DNA of 64,000 nucleotides from Mobula hypostoma (GCF_963921235.1 NC_086097.1:40488001-40552000); one strand, 5' to 3'. Shown: positions 1-12,238, numbered from the stretch's first letter. Notes: a model not told the origin generated them from the letters alone. Translations and numbers: made by a program.

Positions 1-88
1 GTGGGACTAGGTGCGAGTAAGCATTCAGCACAGACTAGTAGGGCCGAGATGGCCTGTTTCTGTGCTGTAATTGTTTTATGGTTATATG
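1..88 (+). mobile_element. CR1 LINE 3' terminus
   Basis: GGGCCGA..GGCCTGTTTCTGTGCTGTA plus short tail, same type as CR1 ends at ~21760 and ~31260. Confidence 0.7.
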
Positions 89-91
89 AAA

Positions 92-452
92 TCATACCTC
101 CAAGTTCAAGAACAGTTATTAGAACCAGAGGAAATAACTTCACTCAACTTCACTTGTCCCATCACTGAACTGTTCCCAAAACCTATGGACGGAAGGACTC
201 CTCATCTCATGTTCTTGATATTTATTGCTTATTAATTTATTTATTACTATTATTATTTTTCTCTTTATTTTTAAACTGGCACAGTTTGGTGTCTTTTGCA
301 CACTGGTTGTTGGCCTTGTTGTTGCAGTCTTTCATTGATTCTATTATGGTTATTGGATTTATTGTGTATGCTTGCAAGAAAATGAACCTCTGGGTTGTAT
401 ATGGTGACATATATGTATTTTGATAATTAATTTACTTTGTACTTTGAACTTT
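92..452 (+). mobile_element. Rex1/Babar-type LINE 3' tail fragment
   Basis: TTCAAGAACAGTTATT...GTTGTATATGGTGACAT...(TTTGAAC)-type tail; similar copies at 6590-7012, 12595-13590, ~25790-25915. Confidence 0.65.
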
Positions 453-454
453 GG

Positions 455-760
455 AAACACAAGCGAAGTTGGAATATGGGGCATAAAACAAACAACTGGA
501 AGAACTCAGCAGGCCAAGCTGCATGCATGTAGTCAAAGGGTTGTGTTTTGACCTTGCATGGAGGGAAGATAGGCTGCATAAAGGTCTTAGAAAGGGGGGA
601 TGAGACAGAGTCTGGTGGCTAATAGATGGAACCAGCTGAGGGAGGAACAAATGAGAGAATAGAATCAATTGGGAGAGGGGATAGAGAAGGAGAAGCCCAG
701 GTAGGAGGAGAAACACAGGGTCATGGGTGATGGACAGAAGGAACTAGGTAGGTTTGATAG
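455..760 (-). mobile_element. Penelope-like terminal remnant (degenerate)
   Basis: CTGGAAGAACTCAGCAGGCCAAG matches the Penelope terminus at 5590 and 10540, followed by a purine-rich tract. Confidence 0.5.
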
Positions 761-1089
761 ACTATCCTATCAACCCTATTGTAAATTTCTTCTAATATGC
801 GTATGAATTGTAAGATTTCGAATATGTTGGGGGAAGGGGCAGCGGTGGGGTAGTTATTGGGGATGTGGGTTGATAAAATAGGTTAGGGAATATCAGTGTA
901 AAATGTGTGCGTGGTGGTTAGTGTGAACTCAATGGGCTGAAGGGTCTGTTGCTGTGTCATATCAACTCCAATAAAATATTAACAGTAGACCATGCAGCAG
1001 AATCCCACTGTACTTACTGGATAATCAGGAAGAAGTCGTGAAAAGTTCCATTAAAATTCCTCAGTAAAATTATGTTTTATCAATCCCAT

Positions 1090-1420
1090 GCAAAATCTAT
1101 TGGCTTCACTGAAGATCTATCATCGGGCCCCTCCTGTTTGTCATCTCAATGCTGCTCCACACCAATCTCAGTCTTGGATAGAGCACCTTTCCACATAAAT
1201 GCTGATGACACTCAGTTCTGCCTATCACCAACGGTCTTGATGACTTCACTGTCTCTTAAATTGTCAGTCTACCTGTCAACCATCGAATTGTATCAGCAGA
1301 AATTTCCTCTAATGAAACATTGCAGAGGCTGAGGAGATGGTCTATTATCAACCCCATAATTTAGCCACTGATTCCAACTCTAATGTTGTTTCTAAAAGCC
1401 CCATAAACATTGTAATCTTC
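1090..1420 (+). mobile_element. L2-type LINE RT fragment
   Basis: ORF 1072..1332 contains FHINADDTQFCLS, resembling the L2 RT motif FHxYADDTQLYLS. Confidence 0.55.
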
Positions 1421-1429
1421 ACTTGTAAA

Positions 1430-1660
1430 GTTCCTAGAATAGCACTGTTGGCTTTCCGATATAATGCTGCCTCTTTCGTCAATGTCATTACAGTATCTGG
1501 CTCAACTACTCTCTCTGCTGGCTGGTAGACCACAATCTTCATGAAGAAACTGCCCCTTAGGTCCCTTTTAATTCTCTCCCCTCTCACCCCTTAAACCTTT
1601 GCCCTCTAGTTTTTGGTTCTTTACCTGGAAAAAAGACTGTGTGTTCATCCTATCTATAAT
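1430..1660 (-). mobile_element. CR1 LINE 3' fragment
   Basis: ORF 1348..1587 MRGERIKRDLRGSFF resembles CR1 ORF2 C-terminus. Confidence 0.65.
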
Positions 1661-1824
1661 TCTTGTACCAAGTAGTAAAGACTTAGTCAACTCAGCTACC
1701 ATCAGTTAGCACCCAGTCTAGCAACAGAACCTCAGTAGATGGCTCCCAAGGGGGCTACTCAACAAAGCACAGCATTTTACCATCTACTTCAAATGTAAGA
1801 GGAACAGGATAGCGCTTCCAGAAA

Positions 1825-2458
1825 ATTAGATTATGAGGACACGCAGTCCCCTTTTATTGTCATTTAGTAATGCATGCACTAAGAAATGATACAATATTCC
1901 TCCGGTGTGACATCACAGAAACACAGGACAGACCAAGACTGAAAAACTGACAAAAACCACATAATTATGACATATAGTTACAACAGTGCAAGCAATACTG
2001 TAACTTGATGAAGAACAGGCCATTAACACGGTAAAAAGTTTGAAGTCTCTCGAAAGTCCCACATCTCACACAGATGGGAGAAGGAAGAAAACTCTCCCTG
2101 CCATACCCGACCACAGTCCAACTCTGAGTCGTCCGAAAACTCGAGCTCCGACCAGCCCTCCGACACCGAGCACCGAGCACCGAGCCCCATCTCTGCCGAA
2201 CGCTTCAACCTCAGCCCCGGTCGCCAGCAGCAGGCAAAGCCGAGGATTTTGGGGCCTTCCCTCTGGAGATTCTTGATTGCACAGTAGCAGCGGCAGCGAA
2301 CCGGGCATTTCAGAAGTTACTCCAGATGTTCCTCCGTGCTCTCACGGCTGTCTCCATCAAATCAGAATTGTGCACAGTACCCTATTTAACAGATACAATC
2401 TCATTTCACTGGAGACGCTATGCGCGCTGCGTTGCGCCGCCATCTTCTCCTCCCTCCC
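1825..2458 (-). mobile_element. Non-autonomous non-LTR element (GGAGAAGATGGCGGCG 5' end, AATAAA + TCTAA-type tail)
   Basis: Collinear similarity to 13842-14516 and to 3' part at 7165-7382; CpG-rich; no RT coding. Confidence 0.75.
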
Positions 2459-2539
2459 TTAATGCAGTGGTGAACAGAAAGTAGGATACAAGTATATCCA
2501 AGAGGACCATAGAGATCCTCCACCATTAAACCAGGAACT

Positions 2540-2890
2540 CTTTGCAGAAGAAAAATGTAAGGAGGAACTTAGTTGGTCAGGCAGCTTCTATGGAGGGAAT
2601 TGGACTGTTAATGTTTTGGGTCAAGAACCTTCATCAGAAACATCCTGAAATGATTCCTAAACTAGGAAACTGGGAGTGGTTTCGGCCTTGATCTACAGGG
2701 CACATTAGTTCAGCCATGAATGTAAGAATGTTCTTGAAGATATTGGAAGTCAGAGGTTCCAAATGAGTGGTCTCAACACGAAAGTGCCAACTATCCATTT
2801 ATATTCATAGATGTGGTGGTCCCGTTGAGTTCCTTTAGTGCCTTATGTGATGTTCTAATTACCGAAATGCTGTCTCCTTGACTCCCTTTC
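2540..2890. mobile_element. Two degenerate Penelope termini in inverted orientation
   Basis: GGAGGAACTTAGTTGGTCAGGCAGC (2561) versus GTTGAGTTCCTTTAGTGC (2824); decayed hammerhead-like cores. Confidence 0.5.
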
Positions 2891-3419
2891 AGAAGCTTGC
2901 TAGGGAGGTCTCTCTAAAGAGTAACACCAGTGTGGAAGTGACAATCAGGCAAGGTTAAAATGGCGTGCTGACAGAGCAGAGTGCAGACAGTGTCCAGTCT
3001 CATGCGGAACAAAACTTTTGAGAGCTTGACTCCCCTTTGTACAGCCTTTTCTGCTCGAGCCTGAGAAGCAAGTTCACCAGGCATACCAAGATAAGATAAG
3101 GATGCAATCGAAGGATTTTCGGGAGTTTGGGTATTCTGTTTAATGCAGCACTGAGCTGCAATCTGTAAGATGCAGCAGAGACCAGAGCAGAACTAGGCTG
3201 GAGTGGTCCCTAGGCTGCTGATGATTATGGCCTTGATCTATAGGTCACATTAGTCCAGTCCATTCTTGAAGTTATTGCGAATCAAAGATACCAGTGAGAC
3301 CAAAGACAGTTTGAATGTTGGTCCTAATATGAGTACTGCCGACAAAATCTGGCTTCTCTGTGAATGAAATAACGGCCTTTTTTACATACCAGTGGGACTG
3401 ACAGTCACAATGGAGGGAA

Positions 3420-3590
3420 ATTGGTTTGTTATGTTCTGTGTTGTTCTGCCAAGCATGCTGTCTTAGCACCAGAATGTGTGGAGGCACTTGTGGGCTGCCC
3501 CCAGCACACCTTTAGGTAGTGTTGTTTGTGTACGCGAGCAATGCATTTTAACTTGTGTTTCCATGTACATGTGATAAACGAATCTGAATC
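3420..3590 (+). mobile_element. Short retroposon 3' fragment with TCTGAA-type tail
   Basis: Similar to 18225-18450 (TCTGTGTTGTTCTG...CAGCACA.CCTTAGG...ATCTGAATC). Confidence 0.6.
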
Positions 3591-3591
3591 G

Positions 3592-4285
3592 AAATGCTTC
3601 CATCATAGATTGGGAGACCGCTTCGTCAAGCACCTTCACTCCATCCGCCACAAAAAGTTGGATCTCCCAGTAGCCACCCATTTCAATTCTACTTCCCAAT
3701 ATGATTCCAACACGTCAGTTCGTGCTCTCCTCCACTGCCACGATGAGGCCACACTCAGGCTGAAGGAGCAACACCTTATATTCTCTCCGGGTAGCTTCCA
3801 ACATGACGGCGTGAACATCTATTTCTCAGACTTCCGGTAATTGCCCCCTCCCTCCTCTCCTTCATCATTTCCTGTTCCTGTTCCCTCATTCACCTTATCT
3901 CATTACCTGACCATCTCCTCCCTCTGGTGCTCCTTCCCCCTTCCCCTTTCTTCAATGGTCTGTTGTCCTCTCCTATCAGATCCCCCCTTCTGCAGCCCTT
4001 TATCTCTTTCACCAATCAACTTCCCAGCTCTTTACTTCATCTTTCACCCCTCCGCCTCTCTCAGTTTCATCTATCAGCTGCCACCTTGTACTTCTTCCTC
4101 TCCCCCCCCCCCAACTTCTTGCTCTGAACTCTCCCCTTCCTTCCCAGTCCTGATGAAGGGTCTTGGCCATAACGGTGAATGTTTACTCTTTTCCATAGAT
4201 GCTACCTGGCCTGCTGAGTTCCTCCAGCATTTTCCCCGTGTGTTGCTGTGGATTTCCAGCATCTGCAGATTTTCTTGTGTTTGCT
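3592..4285 (+). mobile_element. Penelope-like element 3' part (GIY-YIG C-terminus + terminal region)
   Basis: RLGDRFVKHLHSIR..PVATHFN..LKEQHLIF..GVN in ORF 3526..3840; hammerhead-like CTGATGAAGGG at ~4150. Confidence 0.85.
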
Positions 4286-4436
4286 TCCATCATTTCCTTT
4301 TGTTTTTCAAATTTACGGCACCTGCAGAATTTTCTTTTGTATTAGCAGTAATTAAAAACATGCAGAACAAGTTAACTAATTTCACTAACCCATATCTAAT
4401 CAAGATAATTATACTACCTTCTACAAAGTTCCTTAC

Positions 4437-4490
4437 TTGACTTCCATTGCTGAAGCTTTCCAGAAGAGTAACCCAGTTATAAGAGGAGCA
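4437..4490 (-). CDS. Candidate internal exon of unidentified host gene (54 nt)
   Basis: Acceptor gtcctgctatcag, donor CAA/gtaagg; open as CSSYNWVTLLESFSNGSQ (phase 0) or APLITGLLFWKASAMEV (phase 2); unique sequence. Confidence 0.4.
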
Positions 4491-4854
4491 CTGATAGCAG
4501 GACATGACAATGACAAACAAATTAACAATAAAATACACTTTATCCAAGAACAGCAGTGTCATCACAGATGGTAACAGTATTCATTATTGTGAGCAACGAC
4601 TCAAGTCTCAGCTTGTAAATGACAAACACATATTGATGGATTCTATTTTTGGTTTAACCAGGGCTTCCTCCTGAGGAACTAATTGCTGCAGCCATCACCA
4701 TTTTATCAGTTATTTCTTCACATAAGTATGCTATTGAATAAAAATGAGGAAAAAAATGAAATGCTAAGGACAATTAAAGTGGAAAAAATATGATGTCACT
4801 TAAAGGGGTTTACTCTAGATAATGTCACGGCAAAGGGTTGCTGCGAAAAGTATC

Positions 4855-5535
4855 GACACAAAATGCTGGAGGAATTCAACAAGGCGGGCAGCATCTTTGA
4901 AGAGTCTTGGCTCCGAAGCAGTTGACTTTTGGGGCTGCGACCCTTCACCAGGACTGGAAGGGGAAGGGAACAGAAGCCGAAAATAAGAAGGTGGAGAGAA
5001 GGGAAGGAGTACAGGTTGGCAGGTGATTTGAGACCAGGTGAGGGGAAAATTAGATGGATGGGGGAGAGAGATGAAGTAAGAAGCTGCAGGTGAGGAGAAG
5101 AGAAGGGGAGAACGGATAATAATAACGGGGAATGAAAAAAAAACAGAAGGAGAGAGAGTGGAGTGAATAGATGAAGATGGAGATTTTCATGCCATCAGGT
5201 TGGCAGCTACGCAGACAGAATATGAAGCATTGCTCCTCCAACCTGAGCTTGGCCTCATCATGGTAGTAGAGGAGGCCATGGGCATCCTTCTCTTCCCCTT
5301 CCCCTTCCCCTGATCCTCTGTCCTCTGTCCTCTCCTATTAGATTCTTCCTTCAACCTTTTACCTCCTCCACAACACCTTCCTGCTTCTTACTTCATTCTC
5401 CCTCCCCCAACCGAGTCTCCTAACTCATGGCAGCTTGGACATCTTCCCCTACACCTGCCTTCTTATTCTGGCTTCTGCCCCCTTTTTTTTCCAGTCCTGT
5501 TGAGGGGGTCTCGGTTCAAAATGTTGACTGTTTAT
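4855..5535. mobile_element. Inverted pair of Penelope 3' ends
   Basis: 4855-5280 minus (GIY-YIG end EEQCF..QPDGM), 5280-5535 plus; decayed hammerhead cores at ~4920-4955 and ~5492-5530. Confidence 0.75.
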
Positions 5536-5539
5536 ACCC

Positions 5540-6170
5540 AGACATGAGAAAATCTGCAGGTGCTGGAAGTACAAAGCAACACACACACAAAATGCTGGAG
5601 GAACTCAGCAGGCCAGGCAGCATCTATGGAAAAGAATGAACAGTCGATGTTTCAGGCTGAGACCCTTCATCAGGACTAGAGAATAAATGAGAAGTCAGAG
5701 CAATAAGGTGGGTTGAGGGGAAGAAGGAGTACAAGGTGGTAGGTGATATGTGAAACCGGAAGGGGCGGAGAGGGTGAGTAAAGAACTGGAAAGTTGATAG
5801 GTGAAAGAGATAAAGGGCTGGAGGTGGGGTAGTCTGATGGGAAAGGGTAGAAGACCATGGCGGACAAGGAAGGAGAAGGAGCAGGTAAGGAAAAAGGTAA
5901 GAGAGGGAAATGGGAATGGGGAAGGGGGTGGGGGTTACCGGAGATTTGAGAAATCACTGTTCTTGCCATCAGGTTGGAGGCAACCCAAACTCAATGTAAG
6001 GTGTTGCTCCTCCAATCTGAGTGTGGTCTCATCAAGGCAATAGGGGAGGCCATGGGAATTAGAATTGAAATGGTAGCTACCAGGAGATCCCACTTTTTTT
6101 TGGTAGGTGCCCAGCGAAGCAGTCCCCCAATCTACGTTGGGTCTCACCAATATACAGGAGGCCGCACTAA
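5540..6170 (-). mobile_element. Penelope-like element 3' part
   Basis: ORF 5935..6150 TLRLEEQHLTLSLGCLQPDG; hammerhead motif 5641-5677. Confidence 0.85.
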
Positions 6171-6219
6171 ACCTAACTCTACATCTTTGGAATGAGGGAG
6201 GATACTGGATTACCTGGAG

Positions 6220-7012
6220 AATCAGAATCAGGTATTATATATATATATATATATATATGTAGATAGATAAAACAGTTAAATTATATAACTAGTACAAAAG
6301 GAAAAGTGAGGTCGTGTTCATGGGTTCAATGTCCATTCAGAAATCAGGTGGCAGAAGGGAAGAAGCTGTTCATGAATTGCTGAATGTGTGCCTACAGGCT
6401 TATGTACCTCTTCCCTGATGGTAGCAAGGAACAGAAGGAAGAAAGCATGTGCTGGGTTACGGGGGTTCTCAAAGACGGAGGCCGCCTTTTTAAGGTATTG
6501 CTCTTTGAAGAAATCTGTGAGTGCCTTTGGTGACATAACAAATCTCATACACAAAACAGGGGAGAACATACAAACTACTTGCAGACAGCAGCATCGACCA
6601 TCAGGAACCCCCACCACCCAGGTCATGCTCTTTTCTCACTGTGCCAACAGGAAGAAGGTACAGGAGTCTCAGGACTCACACCACCAAGTTCAGGAACAGT
6701 TATTACCTCTCAGCCATCAAATCCTTGAACCAGAGGGGATAATTTCAATCAATTTCACTTGCCCAATCACTGAACTGTATTTATTGATTATTTATTATTT
6801 ATTTATTCAATTGTTTTATTTATTAATTTTTTTTCTTTTTTTGTATTTGCACACTGGTTGTCTGCCCACTTGGTCTGGTCTTTCGTTAATTCTATTTTGG
6901 TTATTGGATTTACTAAGTATGCCAACAAGAATACAAAGCTCAGGGTTGTATAATACATGGTAACTACACAGTATGTACTTTGATAATAAATTTAATTTGA
7001 AATTCGAACTTT
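6220..7012. mobile_element. Two Rex1/Babar-type 3' fragments (minus 6220-6510 with (TA)n; plus 6590-7012)
   Basis: ATTCTG-type tail and LKKAASV..P.NPAH motif on minus; TTTGAAC-type tail on plus. Confidence 0.65.
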
Positions 7013-7164
7013 GGTAGGAATCGAACCCTGATTGGTGAGCATTGATATTGTAAAGAGCTATAACACAGTGCTGCCCTATTACATGCACCAACAGAGTAAA
7101 CTTTATTTTTTGTATCAATAACAGTAAGTTAGTCTCTGCTAACACACATAATGTGGGACATTTG

Positions 7165-7382
7165 AGAAACTTTGAACTTTACTGTGCTCATGGACTTCAT
7201 CAAGTTATGGTATTGTTACACTGTTTGTAACTATATGTTATAATTATGTGGTTTTGTCAGTTTTTTCAGTCTTGGTTTGTCCTGTGTTTTGTGATATCAC
7301 ACCAGGAGAAATAATGTATCATTTCTTAATGCATGCATTACTAAATGACAATAAAAGAGGACTATGTGTCTTCATAATCATA
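7165..7382 (+). mobile_element. 3' part of the 1825/13842 non-autonomous family
   Basis: Reverse complement of 1825-2045. Confidence 0.75.
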
Positions 7383-7734
7383 AGCACAGATTGACACATC
7401 TCACTTTGACCAAATTGGCAGAGCAAACAGCAATGCTGCCTGGACTGGTAACAGCGATTTAAAAGAGCGAAGAAACTCTGTAATTCTCACCACTTCCTTA
7501 ACATAGGAATTTCAGTTTTCAAGTGATTTCAGATCCAGGGCCTATGACTATGCTCAGTTCCCAATTCTTTCTCAGGATATTATGAAATCTGCCATTCAGA
7601 TTAAGTTTTCAGTTCAAAAGTTTCAGTCATAAGTAGACAATTGAGAAATTCTCTGTTTTTTTTAAAAAAAAAAGTTGCTTTTGCTTCTCCTACAAGAATT
7701 TCCATTGATGTAATGCAAAGTTACATGAAACTGC

Positions 7735-7835
7735 ATAATTGGTTGTTGTAAATTGTCCGGTGATTAGGCTAGGGGTGAATCAGGGGTTGCTGGGGTAGTG
7801 CAACTTGAAGGTCTGGAATGGCCTACTCCACGTTG
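7735..7835 (+). mobile_element. HE1/V-SINE 3' fragment
   Basis: TTGTAAATTGTCC..TGATTAGGCTAG matches 50727-50755. Confidence 0.5.
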
Positions 7836-8569
7836 GCCTGTACTTATCTCCCCTCAGTGATATGATCCTCCTGGAAATGCAGTGCAGCTTCCATTCAGCG
7901 CAGGGTGCGTAATTGCCAGGCAGATGCAAGGAAAGTGTCAGGAACAAAATCAAGAGCTGTTCCTTGCCGTCATTAAGCTGACAAAGTACTCAAATCTCTA
8001 AATCATTAGGGCCCCGTGAATCGTTATTCAATGCATTCGTTTTATGCTGACTGAGGCTTCTGTACAACAGTACGATCGGTCCCGTGTGGAAGATATGAGA
8101 CTGATGAGATGTGCTTCCAGACCTAGGTCAGACAATATTGTATGACTGCGCACATCCCATTTCCCTGACTGAAGGCATTCACTTCATCTGATCGGATGCA
8201 CCATTTGGCATCAGTATCCAATATTGACTGGGTGAGATTTTTTTAAAAATCTAGATCACTTCTGGACAAAAACAAAGTTTATCACCGAGTACACTCATGA
8301 CCACCTTCTTGCTTTCATTGGCCGGTTCATGAACGGAAGCCAAAAGGGGTAGTACAGTAACATACTAGAAGTTACTCTCAAGCTGTAAGGGCCAGCACCA
8401 ATGACTGGAAGGAGCAAGCTGCTAAATGCTCTGGGTGCTGCCATTTGGTCTATCTAAACTATTCTAACCCTACCTATTTGATTTTGAGTTGAAACACCAA
8501 AGAAGAAAGAGATTAGCATGGAGATACAAACCCCACTCCCAAGTAACAAACTGGTCCCAATGTACATAC

Positions 8570-8636
8570 ATGATCAAGCTTCTCACTTAACTGAAAACCA
8601 GCTGAGTCTGGCACCTGATGTATGTCAAACTCAATT
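8570..8636 (-). CDS. Candidate internal exon (67 nt)
   Basis: ttcttcccag/ ... CAT/gtatgt; reads IEFDIHQVPDSAGFQLSEKLDH; phase 2 to 0 fits neighbours; alternative acceptors exist. Confidence 0.25.
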
Positions 8637-9194
8637 CTGGGAAGAATTTCATTTTCATTTTTCATTGCGCCAGATATTTGATGTAATTTGCATTTGATGA
8701 ACCAAATTTCAATTAGAAGAATGTTTTTTTTTTGTATAGTGTCTTGTATGTAGCAAATCAGCTCAAAATTCCTCACAGGTAAAAGTTAGATCTGAGCAGG
8801 AGGAAAAGAATTATGAGGTAGTTGAAAGCACAGCAATAGACAACAGACATACTTTTCGGAAATACTATCTGAATTTGCAATCAAAGTAATTTGAAAAATC
8901 AGTTTTAGAACAATGATGGAATGAGTCAAATACATAATTTAGTACAAACTGGATTTGATGGTGCCTTTGTACGGAATGAATGACAAGTGCCATTCCTTCA
9001 TCGTTGAAGGCAGTGGAGCATTTCTGGGCAGTGACAGCCTTGTCAAATTGAAAACATTAGACATTCATCAAGAAAAGCACTTCTTCAAATATTTTGAAGC
9101 CTTTTTGATCTCTTCAAATTGATGTTGTTATTTCTGAATGTACTCATGAAAAACAGATTATGCTGTTGCAATGTGCCTCATAATAAATGCAAGC

Positions 9195-9475
9195 CATTCA
9201 GATATTGAGAAGCTATTTCCTTTGGCTGCTGGGACCACGACAAAAGGGATTGATTCCAAAGTAAGGGGTCAGACACTTAAGTGAGGCTGCATTTTTTGGA
9301 GGGTTGTAAACCTATCACATGTTGACAGAGCACCATGAATGCTCAGTAATCAAGACAGAGTTTGGTAGATTTTTGGATGCTAAGTGCATAGCAGATCAAA
9401 CAGGATGGGTAGACTTCAGACACAAAATCAGCCTGATTATATTCAGAGAATACTAAGGCCTACTCTTCCATTCTG
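9195..9475 (+). mobile_element. Old CR1 3' fragment
   Basis: Degenerate CR1 C-terminal and 3'UTR motifs (GGCCTACTC). Confidence 0.5.
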
Positions 9476-10109
9476 ACTATGCAGGCACTAACGAAGAGCT
9501 TTGCAGAACCATTAACTAATATCTGTTTTGCTCGCTCCTAACAGCAAAAATAATGACACAATCTTATTGTCTTCTGCACAAGCTATCCTTGAAGACTTCT
9601 AATTATTAATTCTGTTTTTCTCCTCCAGTTGTCATTTCCCACATTTAATTTTCCCCTAAGCAGCTTATACAAAAGTGCAAACCTCATCTCTCCATATATT
9701 TTATATCCCCTTTTATTTCCAACCTCATTGGGATGTTTGCTGAGATCTCGATTTCCCATTCTGAGAAAGTGCTTCGTTCAAAATGCTTATCACTTCACTT
9801 TTTGTAAATGCTAGTAGTTGTGTGGTGCAGCTTTTGCAGCCTCTGATTTAAATGTAGATTTCTTCCCCTTTATTAAGCAAGAAATTCGGATGATGAAATT
9901 TAACAACTTAATTCATTTGATGCTGCGATCATGTTCAGTAATAATGAAACCTCTAGCATGAGATTCATAGGGTGCTAACTTTTTATTGGTAGTAAATTCC
10001 ATAGGCAATTGCTTTCCTGGTATTCAGTGATCAGAGAGTTCAGAAAACAATTGCCCTATTGATCGCACCTGATCTAATGACAATCCAAATACCCAAAAAT
10101 TCAGAGAGT

Positions 10110-10335
10110 GGAGACACAGGAGACAGTAAATGCTGGAATATGGAGCAAGACTCAAAATGTTGCAGGAGCTCAACAGGCCAGGCAGCCACTATGGAGGGAA
10201 ATGGACAGATGAAAGGACACAACCCATACATCAACTGTCCTTTTCCTTCCATAGATCCTGGCCAGCCTATTGAGCTCCACCAGCATTTTGTCTGTTGCAT
10301 CTGAAAATTTGTCTGCATCTCTTCTAGTGTATCTG
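10110..10335. mobile_element. Miniature palindromic element of two inverted Penelope tips
   Basis: AAAATGTTGCAGGAGCTCAACAGGCCAGGCAG..CTATGGAGGGAAATGGACAG versus CTGTCCTTTTCCTTCCATAGATCCTGGCCAGCCTATTGAGCTCCACCAGCATTTT. Confidence 0.7.
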
Positions 10336-10586
10336 CCCTGAGGCTCATTCATATCATAACATCCTTACCAGGTCCACACATTTCAGAGTCAATTTCCACC
10401 ACCAGAGCTCATGGAGGACTTTACAGAAAGGAATACCTGCAGTAATTTTCCAAGTTGCTACTCTATGGAAAGTGATGCCAACAAAACTGTAAACACGAGG
10501 AAATCTGCAGATGCTGGAAATTCAAGCAACACACACAAAATGCTGGTGGAACACAGCAGGCCAAGCAACATCTCTAGGAAGAGGTA

Positions 10587-10623
10587 CAGTCGACGTTTCG
10601 GGCCGAGTCCCTTCGTCAGGACT
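10587..10623 (-). ncRNA. Minimal type I hammerhead ribozyme motif (Penelope terminus)
   Basis: Minus strand AGTC-CTGACGA-A-GGGACTCGGCCC-GAAAC-GTC-GACT: core boxes, stem I AGTC/GACT, stem II GGG/CCC, palindromic ACGT stem III. Confidence 0.75.
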
Positions 10624-12202
10624 AACTGAAAGAAGAGATAGTAAGAGATTTGAAAGTGGGAGGAGGAGGGGGAGATCTGAAATGATAGAAGAAGACAGGA
10701 GGAGGAAGGATGGAGCAAAGAGCTGGAAAGTTGATTGGCAAAAGGGATACCAGGCTGGAGAAGATGAGAGGATCATGGGACGGGAGGCCCAGGGAGGAAC
10801 AGAAAGGGGAAGGGGAGCATCAGAGGAAGATATAGTGAGATGGACAGAAGGAGATAAAAGAGAGAAAGAAAGGGGAAAAAATAATAAATAAGGGATGGGG
10901 TAAGAAGGGGAGGAGGCGCATTAATGGAAATTAGAGAAGTCAATGTTCATGCCATCAGGTTGGAAGTGTTCAGCAAAACGGTCTCCCAGTCTGCGTTGCA
11001 TCTAGCCAATATATAGAAGGCCACACTGGGAGCACCAGACACAGTCGACTCACAGGTGAAGTGTCGCCTCACCTGGAAGGACTGTCTGGGGCCCTGAATG
11101 GTGGTGGGGGAGGAAGTGTAAAGGCATGTGTAGCACTTGTTCCGCTTACAAGGATAAATGCCGGGAGGGAGATCAGTGGGAAGGGATGGGGGGGACAAAT
11201 GGACAAGGGAGTCATGTAGGGAGCGATCCCTGCGGAAAGCAGAAAGGCGGGGGGGAGGGAAAGATGTGCTTGGTAGTGGGATCCAGTTAGAGGTGGCTGA
11301 AGTTACGGAGAATTATACATTGGACCCAGAGGCTGGTGGGGTGGTAGGTGAGGACAAGGGGAACCCTATTCCTAGTGGGGTGGCAGGAGGATGGGGTGAG
11401 AGCAGATGTACGTGAAATGGGGGAAATGCATTTGAAAGCAGAGTTGATGGTGGAGGAAGGGAATCCCCTTCCCATCCCTCCCCACTGATCTCCCTCCTGG
11501 CACTTATTCTTGTAAGTGGAACAAGTGCTACACATACCCTTACACTTCCTCCCTCACCACCATTCAGGGCCCCAGACAGTCCTTCCAGGTGAGGCGACAC
11601 TTCACCTGTGAGTTGTCTGGGGTGATATACTGTGTCCGGTGTTCCCGATGCAGCCTTCTATATATTGGCGAGACCCGACGCAGGCTGGGAGACCATTTCG
11701 CTGAACACCCACGCTCTGTCCGCCAGAGAAAGCAGGATCTCCCAGTGGCCACACATTTTAATTCCACGTCCTATTCCCATTCTGATTTGTCTATCCACGG
11801 CCTCTTCTACTGTCAAGATGAAGCCACACTCAGGTTGGAGGAACAACACCTTATATTCCATCTGGGTAGCCTCCAACCTGATGGCATGAACATTGACTTC
11901 TCTAACTTCCGTTAGTGCCCCACCTCCCCTTCGTACCCCATCCATTATTTATTTATTTATTATAATATATTTTTTTTCTATCTCTTCTTTTTCTCCCTCT
12001 GTCCCCCTCACTATACTCCTTGCCCAACCTCTGCGCTTCCCCCCTCCCCTTTCTATCCCATCCCATGATCCTCTCATATCCCTTTTGTAAATCAACTTTC
12101 CAGCTCTTAGCTCCATCCCTCCCCCTCCTGTCTTCTCCTATCATTTTGGATCTCCGCCTCCCCCTCCCACTATCAAATCACTTACTATCTCTTCCTCCTG
12201 TT

Positions 12203-12238
12203 AGTCCTGACGAAGGGTCTCGGCCCGAAACGTCAACT
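12203..12238 (+). ncRNA. Minimal type I hammerhead ribozyme motif (Penelope terminus)
   Basis: AGTC-CTGACGA-A-GGGTCTCGGCCC-GAAAC-GTC-AACT; one mismatch at first stem I pair. Confidence 0.7.

Noticed and set aside
3841..4440. 199-aa Pro/Ser-rich ORF
   Set aside because: Pyrimidine-rich Penelope 3' region running into flank
11589..11915. Standalone GIY-YIG nuclease gene
   Set aside because: C-terminal fragment of a truncated Penelope element
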